A DNA stretch of 64,000 nucleotides from Christensenellaceae bacterium (lineage in GTDB: Bacteria; Bacillota; Clostridia; Christensenellales; DTU072): the NCBI GenBank assembly GCA_031259085.1, contig JAIRMA010000058.1, positions 1,628 through 65,627 of the forward strand, in the 5' to 3' direction. Of the stretch, positions 1 through 9,679 are shown piece by piece (within the stretch, counting starts at the first letter, position 1; each line of letters starts with the position of its first letter). Under the pieces are notes generated by a model that worked only from the letters and a program-made list of their open reading frames with translations, did no database searches and had not been told where the DNA came from. A program made the position numbers and the translations under genes.

Positions 1-757
1 GTGCAAATGTATAATATGGATTTAATAGCATGGGAGCGTACTTATTTCCTAATATCATAATAGTAGGTAATACTATTATGATGAGGCATATTAAGTAGAT
101 CGTTATACTTGTTATATAAGTCCTTTTTATAGACAATTTTTCATTAATACAACCGCCAAAAAAAACTAAAATGGTTGCCTCTGTTGAGATGGTTGCAATC
201 AATATTGCACATTTATTTAATTCCATAAAATTTGATTTTTCATAAACTGGGAGGAGTCTTGATATATCCAAATCTGGAATGCTAAACAACGCAAAAAGAA
301 GTATCGAAAAAAGTAATATTAGTACAAATATCACGGAAACGCGTGCTAGTACTCCTACTCCTTTATAAGAGTTAGCAAAAGCTGCTATTAAAACCGCTAA
401 TGTTATCCCCCATTCTGGAATTCCTGGAGTTATAGATGCTTTCATAAATTGTATGACGATACTATTAAATACAAATATACTATATGCTAATGTAATTAAA
501 TATAGAAACAAAGCTACTTTAATTATAGCGCATATATTCTCAGTTGTTTCTAAAAAACTTCGATTTCTATTCTTGTTTGCAAAATATATTAGTGGGGCGT
601 CTAATATAACAAGATATGCTAACGATAAAAATATTAGTATGATTATGTTTGTCCCAGATGATATCTTTATAATTGGCATAGTGACGTATGAGAACATTAG
701 CGCACTCCCTATCATTAGAAGAATTATCTGTGTTTGACTAATTTTTGGTCGTGTCAT
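1..757 (-). CDS. Spore germination protein, GerAB/GerKB-type (permease-like) subunit; N-terminal part only, gene runs off the left edge
   Basis: Absent from the ORF track because it is open at the window edge. My minus-strand translation from the ATG at 757 reads MTRPKISQTQIILLMIGSALMFSYVTMPII... and stays hydrophobic and polytopic. GAGGG lies just upstream. It sits directly after the A and C subunit genes. Confidence 0.7.
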   Translation of the reverse strand, partial: MTRPKISQTQIILLMIGSALMFSYVTMPIIKISSGTNIIILIFLSLAYLVILDAPLIYFANKNRNRSFLETTENICAIIKVALFLYLITLAYSIFVFNSIVIQFMKASITPGIPEWGITLAVLIAAFANSYKGVGVLARVSVIFVLILLFSILLFALFSIPDLDISRLLPVYEKSNFMELNKCAILIATISTEATILVFFGGCINEKLSIKRTYITSITIYLICLIIIVLPTIMILGNKYAPMLLNPYYTFA

Positions 758-771
758 TATCCCTCAGTCTT

Positions 772-2019
772 TCAATACCTTGATATATCTAAATCTCCTA
801 GATTTGCTATACTTAAGTCTATATTGATACTATTGAATACCATTAAACTGAGATAATCTGTATTTGCAAACAGTAAATCATATACAGCTGGATTCAGCAT
901 TCGCATTCTTCTCCCAAATCCAATTATATCACTATTGATTTCATCGCGAGCCTTAAACAATGTTTTTTCAATCATGGTTTTAACCATCTCTTCAAATGTG
1001 TTTTCAATTTCAACTTTTAGTTTCTTGCTAGAAATGTTTGTCTCATTAAATATTTCCAACTCCGCTATCCTTAATTTGCCTGATATATTTATATCAATTC
1101 TCATACTTCCGTTATTCTCTTTAACTAGAATTTTGGTGTTTACATTAGTTAATTCTGCTGTGGCCTTTAAATCACTATTTCTTAGATTTAATCTACTCCT
1201 TTTCAAATAATTGTTGAGAATGTTATATGCCAAAGCATCATCTGCCGTTAGATAATTCATGAATTTGTTATCTTTAAATGCGGAAAGTCCATCAAAGGAT
1301 ATTTCAAACTTTCGTCCGTTTTGATCTTCATCGTCTGATTGGATGATGCTTATTCTACCCGCGACTGCGTCTTGCCCTATCTCCATAGAGTCAATTATAT
1401 ATTTAAGAGTTTCAACAAAAACTCCGCACCCCGAATTCAATTTTCGTGTTTTTACAACGCCATCTATATATTCTCCTATTAATGATTCTAGACCGACAAA
1501 CACTGTGAATAACTTTTCAATATCTTCGTGATTTATTATAAACAACCATGGCCTTTCGTCAAATTCATCATTTCTAATCATAAAATCAACAAATTCTTGC
1601 ATTGCTTGTTTGTTTTTTGCCATACGATCAGTAATGATTCGAACCCTATTATGAGTGCCAAATAACGTTTTATCTATCTGATCAGATATGGAAGTTATAG
1701 CTTGTGCCAGTGTTGCCCCATCCCCTCTTTTTATTATTGAATTGCGTTTGTAATTACTTTGTTCATCACTACGGCCATCGCCTGAATTGGTGAGATCTAT
1801 TATTTCTAGCAAAACGTGATAATTCCCATTCCCATCTAAATCATATAATGCACTGTTAGTTATCGCTATATTGCGTGGCTCAACCCCTCCTGTGCATCCA
1901 AAAGCAAAACAGCTAATAAATATAGTTATAAAAATTAACAGAAAGCGTAAGATAATTTTACCATTATTCATTGAATTCTTAAATATCGTTGATGTATCCA
2001 TCCTGTTTTGCGAATTCAT
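772..2019 (-). CDS. Spore germination lipoprotein, Ger(x)C family
   Basis: 415-aa ORF with a signal peptide and lipobox (CFAFGC). Lies between the A and B subunit genes. Internal starts at M7 or M17 would remove the 41-nt overlap with the upstream gene. Confidence 0.75.
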   Translation of the reverse strand: MNSQNRMDTSTIFKNSMNNGKIILRFLLIFITIFISCFAFGCTGGVEPRNIAITNSALYDLDGNGNYHVLLEIIDLTNSGDGRSDEQSNYKRNSIIKRGDGATLAQAITSISDQIDKTLFGTHNRVRIITDRMAKNKQAMQEFVDFMIRNDEFDERPWLFIINHEDIEKLFTVFVGLESLIGEYIDGVVKTRKLNSGCGVFVETLKYIIDSMEIGQDAVAGRISIIQSDDEDQNGRKFEISFDGLSAFKDNKFMNYLTADDALAYNILNNYLKRSRLNLRNSDLKATAELTNVNTKILVKENNGSMRIDINISGKLRIAELEIFNETNISSKKLKVEIENTFEEMVKTMIEKTLFKARDEINSDIIGFGRRMRMLNPAVYDLLFANTDYLSLMVFNSINIDLSIANLGDLDISRY

Positions 2020-3391
2020 AATATTTTTGCTTTTTGAATGGGACTCTAAATATTGTATCTCTCCATATGTTTTTGCTTTTTAAACTCAAAATTGGAACCC
2101 CAAACGAATCTATACTAGCAAGCTGTGTAACCATAAATACAACACCTATTCCAATTCCTAAAATTCCTAAAAAAGCACCTAGGCCTAAAAATACAAATCT
2201 AAATATGGTTGTAAACTCATTAAGGTTTGGAATTATAAATGAACTAACCGCCGTTAGTGCGACGATCATAACACTAGGGGCACTTACAATACCTGCCCTA
2301 ACCGCTGCATCACCAATTATTAAAGCCCCTACTATTGAAACAGCTGAACCTATAGTCTTTGGCAATCGGGTTCCAGACTCCTTTAATAATTCTAGCATTA
2401 TAATTAGGAATAGTATCTCAATAACTTGTGGGAATGGCGTATTCGCTACCGCTCCTATTATTGTTTCTAAATAAGATACAGGTAACATTTCCATATTATA
2501 TGTCGTTATAGCAACTGCTAATCCTGGCAAAAATATACTGATTAAAAAGCCAATTACGCGCATTAGTCTTAAAAATGTACCAAAAAAAACACGATGATAA
2601 TAATCTTCTGCCGTTTTAAAGTTATCAATGAACAGTTCTGGGATTGTTAATACATGCGGTGTGCCATCGCACAAAATTAGTACCTTCCCCTCTAACAACC
2701 TCGTCACTGCAATATCTGGCTTTTGTGTTAGCCCTATCCCAGATACCAGACCTAATGGCTTTCTCTCTAAATACTGTTCAATTTTTCCAGATTCGGTGAC
2801 TCCGTCAACATCTATCAGCTGTAGCTTCAATTTAATCTGACTGACAACGTCGCAATCTGCAAGTCCTTTTATATAACCTATTCCTATTAAAGTCTTTGTT
2901 TTATTGCCTATCTTTACCTGATCTATTATAAACTCTGGCGACTTTAACCTGCGCCTAATCAAAACAGTATTGGTTATTAAATCCTCTGTAAAACCCTCTT
3001 TTGGTCCTCGTGTTACATTTTCTGCATCTGGGGTTTGTATTGCTCTTTTTTCCCATTTTCTAATATCAAATAGAAAATATTCATTTTTATAATAAATCCC
3101 AAATTGCCCAGTTAAAATTTCATTTGCAAATTCATAAACATCTAACGCTTTTTTGGTTATGCAATTAGTATTACTTTCTATGATTGGCTCAAATATAACA
3201 TTTTTTAGAGGTGTAATGATGTCTCTGTTCATTAAATCACGGTCTATAAATCCATCAATATATGCTGTGATTATCTGATCATGCACAAGACTCACAGTCT
3301 CTGTTACAACGTCAAAACTATCCCCTAATGCTTTTCTTATTTCATCTATTTTTTTATCCAACGCAATGTTGTTAGATGCCCCATTTATCAT
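1979..3391 (-). CDS. Spore germination protein, GerAA/GerKA family
   Basis: 470 aa. Soluble N-terminal half followed by a C-terminal block of hydrophobic helices (GDAAVRAGIVSAPSVMIVALTAVSSF...). First gene of an A-C-B operon. Confidence 0.8.
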   Translation of the reverse strand: MINGASNNIALDKKIDEIRKALGDSFDVVTETVSLVHDQIITAYIDGFIDRDLMNRDIITPLKNVIFEPIIESNTNCITKKALDVYEFANEILTGQFGIYYKNEYFLFDIRKWEKRAIQTPDAENVTRGPKEGFTEDLITNTVLIRRRLKSPEFIIDQVKIGNKTKTLIGIGYIKGLADCDVVSQIKLKLQLIDVDGVTESGKIEQYLERKPLGLVSGIGLTQKPDIAVTRLLEGKVLILCDGTPHVLTIPELFIDNFKTAEDYYHRVFFGTFLRLMRVIGFLISIFLPGLAVAITTYNMEMLPVSYLETIIGAVANTPFPQVIEILFLIIMLELLKESGTRLPKTIGSAVSIVGALIIGDAAVRAGIVSAPSVMIVALTAVSSFIIPNLNEFTTIFRFVFLGLGAFLGILGIGIGVVFMVTQLASIDSFGVPILSLKSKNIWRDTIFRVPFKKQKYYEFAKQDGYINDI

Positions 3392-3836
3392 CCTTATTTA
3401 TTATTAACAATTTTATATAAAAAATTCTATATGGCTTTGTTTAACAGGATTTCTAGCCTTGTTCCCCGTCAATTAAGGCTATTCTGTTTTGAGGTCATAC
3501 TAAATCCCGTGCCTTTTTATTGACTTGATTCCGACTTTAACTAAGGAATTCGAATCGTTATGTGAATTTTCGATTCAATAAAATATGCATAATCGTTTAG
3601 CAACTTTTTTGGATTAGTATAAAGTCTTGAACTATTTCCAATATGTATTTCAAATTGTATATGTTAAATTTGCAATAATATATGTAGTTTGGACTTTCAT
3701 TATTTATTAACAACTATAATGGCATTTGAAACTAGATCATTACCTTAAAAACTAGTACTTAACCCTTTCACTTATTAAATCAGTTGATAATCGTAATCTT
3801 AAATTAATTTTGATTATCACTTTATAAAAACCAGTT

Positions 3837-4331
3837 TTATATCTTAGTCGACACGTATGGTGCGTTGTTATTAGTTAGTGCCCCATTTATTGCATTCAAG
3901 GCATCGTTGAGTTTGCGCTGTGCATCACCTAAAAGCTCATTGACTTCAGCTCTAACTTCATTAAGTACTTTGGTTTTATGTTCAGCTGCTTGTTGCCGTA
4001 TAATATCAGCTTCACGCTGTGCTTGATGCACTATATTATGCTCACTTAAAATCTGATCTGCTCTTTGTTGTGCCATCAACACAATATTAGATGCTTTTTG
4101 TGTTTCCTCCGCTTGATTGAATTCGGGAACCATTGGTCTCAAAGGTGGAGGAGGGGCTGTTTTTTTAGCACTCACAGCTCTCTGTGGCGTTAACGGATAA
4201 ACATCACGTATCTTGTTAAGTATGTTTACTATTACTTCAGCATCAACAGTGACACCAGAGCCAAAAAAGCTTTTCTTACCGTTGTCAAGTTCTTCTTCTA
4301 TTTGCAATAATAGGTCTTCTATGTCTTCCAT
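3837..4331 (-). CDS. Hypothetical coiled-coil protein (ATP-synthase-b-like / DivIVA-like composition)
   Basis: 164-aa ORF overlapping the stop of rsmD-coaD by 13 nt. Ala/Gln/Glu-rich helical repeats (QREADIIRQQAAEHKTKVLNEVRAEVNELL). Function cannot be assigned. Confidence 0.55.
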   Translation of the reverse strand: MEDIEDLLLQIEEELDNGKKSFFGSGVTVDAEVIVNILNKIRDVYPLTPQRAVSAKKTAPPPPLRPMVPEFNQAEETQKASNIVLMAQQRADQILSEHNIVHQAQREADIIRQQAAEHKTKVLNEVRAEVNELLGDAQRKLNDALNAINGALTNNNAPYVSTKI

Positions 4332-5341
4332 TTTTTATCCTCTGCAAGAATTTCTTTTACGATCGACTTATCTACAAGGTCAGCTACACACTCACCAGCA
4401 TTAATTCGATTTCGCACAAGTGTACTACTTATTTGTGTATCTTTTGCCTTTATAAACAATGTCGTAATATCACCATGTGTCTTATTATACTCGGCCATTT
4501 CATCCTCGTATTGTGATTCATCTGGATTTCTTAAACCTCTAACTAGATATTTTATACCATATTGCCTACAATAGTCAACGACTAGACCGTCAAAATATGA
4601 AATTTTGACTTTTTTTCTGTATTCTTTTAGAGATTTCTCTATAAAATTAAGTCTTTTCTTTACACTATACCTTGGTTTCTTATCTGGGTTTATCAAAAGA
4701 ACCACATGTATCATGTCAAATTTCTCTAGTGCGCGCTCTACTAAATATTTGTGACCTAATGTGAATGGATCAAAAGTACCAGTAACTGCAGCCTTAGTCT
4801 CGCGTCTTAATATTGAAATTGTAGACGCTCCATAATTCCTTACGACTGAGTCATTGAATTCTATCGGTAGTTTATATGGTTTATCCTCTCTCTTCCTTTC
4901 TAATACTATGATACCACCAGCATTGAGGATTTCTTTTTCCGCTATCAGTGTTAATGCCTCATTTTCAATTCCACTCTCATATGGTGGATCAAGGAATATA
5001 ATATCAAATACAAATCCTCTGAGTGCTAACTCGCTTATGCATGCTCGATAATCCTTGTTTAAAATTTGTGATTCAATATTGGTTTTTGCAAGATTTGTCT
5101 TTAGTACATTAACGGCATCACGCGAGTGATCACAAAAAACTGCGTTGCTAGCACCTCTTGACAAAGCTTCAATACCCAAAGCGCCACTTCCTGCGAACAA
5201 ATCGAGGACAACTGCTCCTTCGACTTTGTCTCTGATCAAATTAAATATAGATTCCTTCACTCGATCTGTTGTTGGCCTCACTGAAATGCCAGATACAGCG
5301 TTTAAAGCGCGTCCTTTATACTGACCTGCAATTATTCTCAT
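4319..5341 (-). CDS. rsmD-coaD: Fusion protein: 16S rRNA m2G966 methyltransferase RsmD (N-terminal) plus phosphopantetheine adenylyltransferase CoaD (C-terminal)
   Basis: N-terminal part: MRIIAGQYKGR, DLFAGSGALGIEALSRGA (SAM site), FLDPPY. C-terminal part: GTFDPFTLGH (nucleotidyltransferase motif), ISSTLVR. One uninterrupted 340-aa frame. Confidence 0.85.
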   Translation of the reverse strand: MRIIAGQYKGRALNAVSGISVRPTTDRVKESIFNLIRDKVEGAVVLDLFAGSGALGIEALSRGASNAVFCDHSRDAVNVLKTNLAKTNIESQILNKDYRACISELALRGFVFDIIFLDPPYESGIENEALTLIAEKEILNAGGIIVLERKREDKPYKLPIEFNDSVVRNYGASTISILRRETKAAVTGTFDPFTLGHKYLVERALEKFDMIHVVLLINPDKKPRYSVKKRLNFIEKSLKEYRKKVKISYFDGLVVDYCRQYGIKYLVRGLRNPDESQYEDEMAEYNKTHGDITTLFIKAKDTQISSTLVRNRINAGECVADLVDKSIVKEILAEDKKWKT

Positions 5342-5350
5342 TAATAGTTT

Positions 5351-5911
5351 TCACACTCCTAAGCGTCTAAAAACGCCTTTATCGGTTATTATTATATCCA
5401 TAGTCACATCTAATTTATTCGAATATACAGTTCCCACTTCATAATCAGAGTAAGCAATACAAATTTTTAAGGCATTAGAATTTTTTAAATACTTATCATA
5501 ACAGCCCATCCCACGGCCCAGTCTGTTATAACTTAGATCAAAACCCAGGCAAGGCACAAAAATAATATCTGGTACTACATCATCAAATACGGGATTAGAT
5601 GCTTCACCTATTCCAAATCTGTTAGGCTTTAATTTGTCGTCGCTTTTTAACAAGGCAAATTGTATTGAGTCATTGTTAAGTGACGGTATATATATTGCCT
5701 TTTTTAATTTTTGAGCGGTCCTCATTACTTCGCTTATGTCAGGCTCGTTGATAAAACTGTTTATAAAGAGATATAGAGCACTGGCTTTTTTAAACTCTGG
5801 AAGACCTAGCATAAGGTTAGTTATGATATTAGACTTTTTTAAACAATCAATTGGTCTAATACTCTTTAATTGCCTTCTTAGCTTTTGCTTATTATCAATA
5901 ATATCCGCCAT
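5351..5911 (-). CDS. 5-formyltetrahydrofolate cyclo-ligase
   Basis: 186 aa. RLGRGMGCYDKYL matches the GxGxGYYD-type motif of the family. Confidence 0.75.
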   Translation of the reverse strand: MADIIDNKQKLRRQLKSIRPIDCLKKSNIITNLMLGLPEFKKASALYLFINSFINEPDISEVMRTAQKLKKAIYIPSLNNDSIQFALLKSDDKLKPNRFGIGEASNPVFDDVVPDIIFVPCLGFDLSYNRLGRGMGCYDKYLKNSNALKICIAYSDYEVGTVYSNKLDVTMDIIITDKGVFRRLGV

Positions 5912-6337
5912 CTAAATAATCAAGCCATCGCCCATTAGGTTAATTCCGTTCTCTTCTAAAATTGCGGAGGTTTTTTCATTATCATCAACCTTGATCAAAA
6001 TTATAGCACTATCTTTATTAGCTCCAGCAAACGAATAAAGATATCCAATATTTATTTTTGATTTTTCAAGTATGTCAAGAACTTTAAACATTTCGCCTGG
6101 TTTATCTGCGACAATGAACCCAATGAGATCTGAGGCAAACGCATTAAAGCCGTTTGATTTTAATGTGTCAACTGCCTTTGCATTGTTATCGGTTATAGCC
6201 CTTAAAATGCCATATTCCTCAGTGTCAGCAATTGACATAGCTCTAATATTTATATTAGCATCCGCTAATACTTTAGAAAATTCAGCAATCCTGCCACTTC
6301 TGTTTTCTAAAAAAACTGCTATTTGATTAACTAACAT
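5912..6337 (-). CDS. ACT domain-containing protein
   Basis: 141 aa starting MLVNQIAVFLENRSGRIAEF, with two ACT-like halves. This is the usual small partner downstream of paaK/ior genes. Confidence 0.75.
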   Translation of the reverse strand: MLVNQIAVFLENRSGRIAEFSKVLADANINIRAMSIADTEEYGILRAITDNNAKAVDTLKSNGFNAFASDLIGFIVADKPGEMFKVLDILEKSKINIGYLYSFAGANKDSAIILIKVDDNEKTSAILEENGINLMGDGLII

Positions 6338-6507
6338 TTTAAATCCTCACTTAATGTTATTTTCATATACTCTAGAATTGTGACTGTAGTTTATGAGCTC
6401 ATTGACTCTAGTGTGACCCTTGTATTATGGTTCATAATATAGGCAAATACGTCTAAAAACCATATTCTTAATTACCGTTTAAGATGAAAAAGAACATTGT
6501 TTTTCCT

Positions 6508-7809
6508 TTATTTTTGGCGTTTGTCAGTCACTCGCTGGGCTTTGCCTTCGCTCCTTTTAATACTTCCACACGATAACAATTTAATATCAGCTGTAACGCC
6601 AATAGCTGATGCTACATCCGCTTTTACTTTACTAACTAACCCTTCTATGGATTTGATCTCATCAAAAATTGCATCTTCTTTCAATTCGATGGCAATTTCT
6701 ATAACATCTAAATTATTAATTCTATCAACTGTTATATGGTAATGCGATGATATACGTTCATCTGATGATATCAACGCACTTTCAATTTGTGACGGGAAAA
6801 CATTTACACCGCGTATTATCAACATATCATCCGATCTTCCCTTGATTCTGTTAAGTCTTACCCCAGTACGCCCACATGGACACGGAGAGTCATCTAATGC
6901 CGTAATATCTCTTGTCCTGTATCGAATAAGCGGCATTCCTTCTTTTGTCAGTGTGGTAAAAACGAGCTCCCCCCTCTCCCCGATCGGTAGTGGTTTAAGT
7001 GTATCTAAATCAACAATTTCAGGATAGAAATAATCATCCCAAATATGTGAGCCTGTTTGAAATTCGCACTCAGAGGCGACTCCAGGTCCAGCAATTTCAG
7101 ATAAGCCATAGATGTCATAGGCCTTCAAGCCTAGCTTTTCCTCAATTTCGCGACGCATTTCCTCTGTCCATGGCTCTGCACCAAACAAGCCCCATTTAAG
7201 ATTGAGATCCTTGGTTGAATAATTAGCCTTCTTTAATTCATCACCTAAAAATACAGCATAGGAAGGAGTACAACATATTCCATCAGCTTTGAAATCAACC
7301 ATTAGCTGTATTTGCCTTTGAGTGTTACCAGCTGATACGGGAACAACTGTTAAACCTAACAACTCCCCACCGTAATGGAGCCCTAAACCTCCAGTAAACA
7401 ACCCATAACCATATGCTACGTGTAATAACGATTTTTTCTCGGCACCTACTGCAGCTAAACCTCTTGCACAACACTCTGCCCATAAATCAATGTCTTTTTT
7501 AGTATACCCTACAACAGTTAGTTTGCCGGTTGTGCCAGATGATGCATGAACACGTATTATATCCTCAGGACCTCTCGCAAACATCCCAAATGGATAATTG
7601 TCTCTTAAATCCTGCTTGGTCGTAAAAGGCAATTTAACTATATCATCAATGCTTTTTATATCTGTTGGTTGTAACCCAATCGCATCCATTTTTGCCCTGT
7701 ACGTCGGTACTGATTCATATACTCTCTTAACAACGTCAATTAAACGCTCAGATTGTAATTTGTGCTTTGCTCTTTTTGAGAGACATTCCTGTTTTTTATC
7801 GTAAAACAT
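6508..7809 (-). CDS. paaK: Phenylacetate-CoA ligase family adenylate-forming enzyme
   Basis: 433 aa with SSGTTGK, YGLSE and YRTRD motifs. Confidence 0.85.
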   Translation of the reverse strand: MFYDKKQECLSKRAKHKLQSERLIDVVKRVYESVPTYRAKMDAIGLQPTDIKSIDDIVKLPFTTKQDLRDNYPFGMFARGPEDIIRVHASSGTTGKLTVVGYTKKDIDLWAECCARGLAAVGAEKKSLLHVAYGYGLFTGGLGLHYGGELLGLTVVPVSAGNTQRQIQLMVDFKADGICCTPSYAVFLGDELKKANYSTKDLNLKWGLFGAEPWTEEMRREIEEKLGLKAYDIYGLSEIAGPGVASECEFQTGSHIWDDYFYPEIVDLDTLKPLPIGERGELVFTTLTKEGMPLIRYRTRDITALDDSPCPCGRTGVRLNRIKGRSDDMLIIRGVNVFPSQIESALISSDERISSHYHITVDRINNLDVIEIAIELKEDAIFDEIKSIEGLVSKVKADVASAIGVTADIKLLSCGSIKRSEGKAQRVTDKRQK

Positions 7810-7971
7810 GTACTTCTCCTTTCCGTCTTAAAATTCTAATATTCTTCGACAATTTATTATATCAGCACTATTTCCATCAAACACTATGATAGAGGGAGTT
7901 ATATTATATAAATTGCACAAAACGCGCTTTAAACCTTTAATAGACCGATCGCCTTAACAAAAGAATATTGT

Positions 7972-8538
7972 TTATACAACATCGTATCCTTTTCTTAGTG
8001 CAAGTTTATTAACTTCTAAAAACCGCGCAGGTGTTGCAATTGTCATTGCATATACTATTTCCTCATAACTAATTCCACAAATTTTTGCAAATGCACCTAT
8101 CATCACTATATTAACTGCCTTTATATTGCCAGCTGTTTTTGCTAATTCTAAAGCATCTAATGAAACGACCCTCTTGCCAGTAGCCTTAATTGTTTCAGGT
8201 ATATTCTCTGGATACTCTGCTACACCCATTATTACTGGCATTGGCATTATTTTTCCATTATTAAGTATTATTACTCCATTTTTGGATAAATAATGCATCC
8301 ATCTAAATGCTTCAAGAGTTTCAAAAGCTATTATGTAATCCGCCTCGCCCTCCGTTATAACAGGTGAAGCTATATCATCACCTATTCGCACATGAGTCAC
8401 AACACTCCCACCACGCTGTGACATGCCATGCACCTCACTTAGTTTGCAATCCTTTTGGCTTTCTACAGCCCATGTCCCCAAAACTCTACTTGCAAGCAAC
8501 GTGCCTTGTCCACCAACCCCTACTATCAATATGTTCAT
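7972..8538 (-). CDS. iorB: Indolepyruvate:ferredoxin oxidoreductase beta subunit (POR-gamma-like domain)
   Basis: 188 aa with MNILIVGVGGQGTLLAS and HGMSQRGGSV. Its start overlaps the glcK stop by 4 nt. Confidence 0.8.
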   Translation of the reverse strand: MNILIVGVGGQGTLLASRVLGTWAVESQKDCKLSEVHGMSQRGGSVVTHVRIGDDIASPVITEGEADYIIAFETLEAFRWMHYLSKNGVIILNNGKIMPMPVIMGVAEYPENIPETIKATGKRVVSLDALELAKTAGNIKAVNIVMIGAFAKICGISYEEIVYAMTIATPARFLEVNKLALRKGYDVV

Positions 8539-9497
8539 AGACCTCCTCCCTCATTTCTTACACAAAGTGCAGCTGCACCTAAAATCCCAGCATCATTTAA
8601 TAGCTGTGCTTTTAAAACTTTTACACTTGGATTTCGCGCACCACCGTAGCTATATTTAGACACGATTGAGTCAATTTTGTTTATGAATGCATCGCCTTCG
8701 TTTGACACGCCACCTCCGATTATGATCGCATCTGGTCTGAAGATATTAACCAGGTTTATTATTCCATGTGACACATGTTGGATGTATGAATTTACAACCT
8801 TCTGACCAAGCGCATCGCCTTGATTAGCTGCGATAAAAGCTGTCCTGCCTGAAATCTTACCGTCTTTTTTTGCGATTTGTGCCATTAATCCGTCTGGGTG
8901 CTTGTCTATGCTTTTTCTGCACTCTCTAATCAACGCCACTGCTGATGCATACGTCTCCCAGCAACCCCGACGACCGCAGGTGCACTTTTCTCCACCCATG
9001 CGCAAAACCATATGACCGCCTTCGGCTCCTGCGCCGCCTCGACCCGTCAAAATTTTCCCGTCTACGATTATCCCAGTGCCAACACCAGTACCCAGGGTTA
9101 TAAATATTATATTATTAAGACCCCGCGCGCCGCCAAATAACACTTCTCCTAATGCAGCGCTGTTTGCATCATTTTCTAAGTATACTGTTTTTTTGAATTT
9201 GTCAGACAGACGGTCTCTTATTTTAACATTCTCAACCTTTATATTGTTTGAATAAACAATAATGCCTGCATCATTGTCAATAGTGCCTGGGATTCCTAAT
9301 CCTATCGCTTTAATTTGTGAGTTATCTACAGGTGAATTAGTTAGTAGCTTTACAACTAACTCCTCTGTTTTTTGGATCAAGCCATCGCTGTCTCCTACCA
9401 CTGTTTCTACTGTGGCCCTCTTTATAATCTCACCCGATAAAGAGACAATCCCGCCTTTAAGAGACATCCCTCCTATATCGATCCCTATATTATACAT
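8535..9497 (-). CDS. glcK: ROK-family glucokinase
   Basis: 320 aa with IGIDIGG (ATPase fold) and the ROK zinc motif CTCGRRGCWETYAS. Confidence 0.85.
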   Translation of the reverse strand: MYNIGIDIGGMSLKGGIVSLSGEIIKRATVETVVGDSDGLIQKTEELVVKLLTNSPVDNSQIKAIGLGIPGTIDNDAGIIVYSNNIKVENVKIRDRLSDKFKKTVYLENDANSAALGEVLFGGARGLNNIIFITLGTGVGTGIIVDGKILTGRGGAGAEGGHMVLRMGGEKCTCGRRGCWETYASAVALIRECRKSIDKHPDGLMAQIAKKDGKISGRTAFIAANQGDALGQKVVNSYIQHVSHGIINLVNIFRPDAIIIGGGVSNEGDAFINKIDSIVSKYSYGGARNPSVKVLKAQLLNDAGILGAAALCVRNEGGGL

Positions 9498-9679
9498 TAA
9501 TCCCTTTCATTTGCATACGAACCTTTAAGTCATAGGTTCGCAGTTTGATTTCACTATCTCCCACTCAACCTCTCGTGTATGCTTTCGACATACACGTGTT
9601 GGGCTTTGTGTCCAGTGACGTAACCTCCGATAAACCATCGTAGTTTTTTATTTTATAATAATATTAAAAACAGCTTGCA

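Noticed and set aside
453-737. A 94-aa plus-strand ORF from the track.
   Set aside because: It is antisense to the permease-like germination subunit gene, whose frame is continuous and family-typical. This is a shadow ORF.
3392-3836. A c-di-AMP (ydaO-like) riboswitch or terminator in the spacer upstream of gerKA, suggested by GACGGGGAAC and small hairpins on the minus strand.
   Set aside because: Only isolated short matches are present, with no coherent pseudo-symmetric architecture, and a germinant receptor operon is not a known context.
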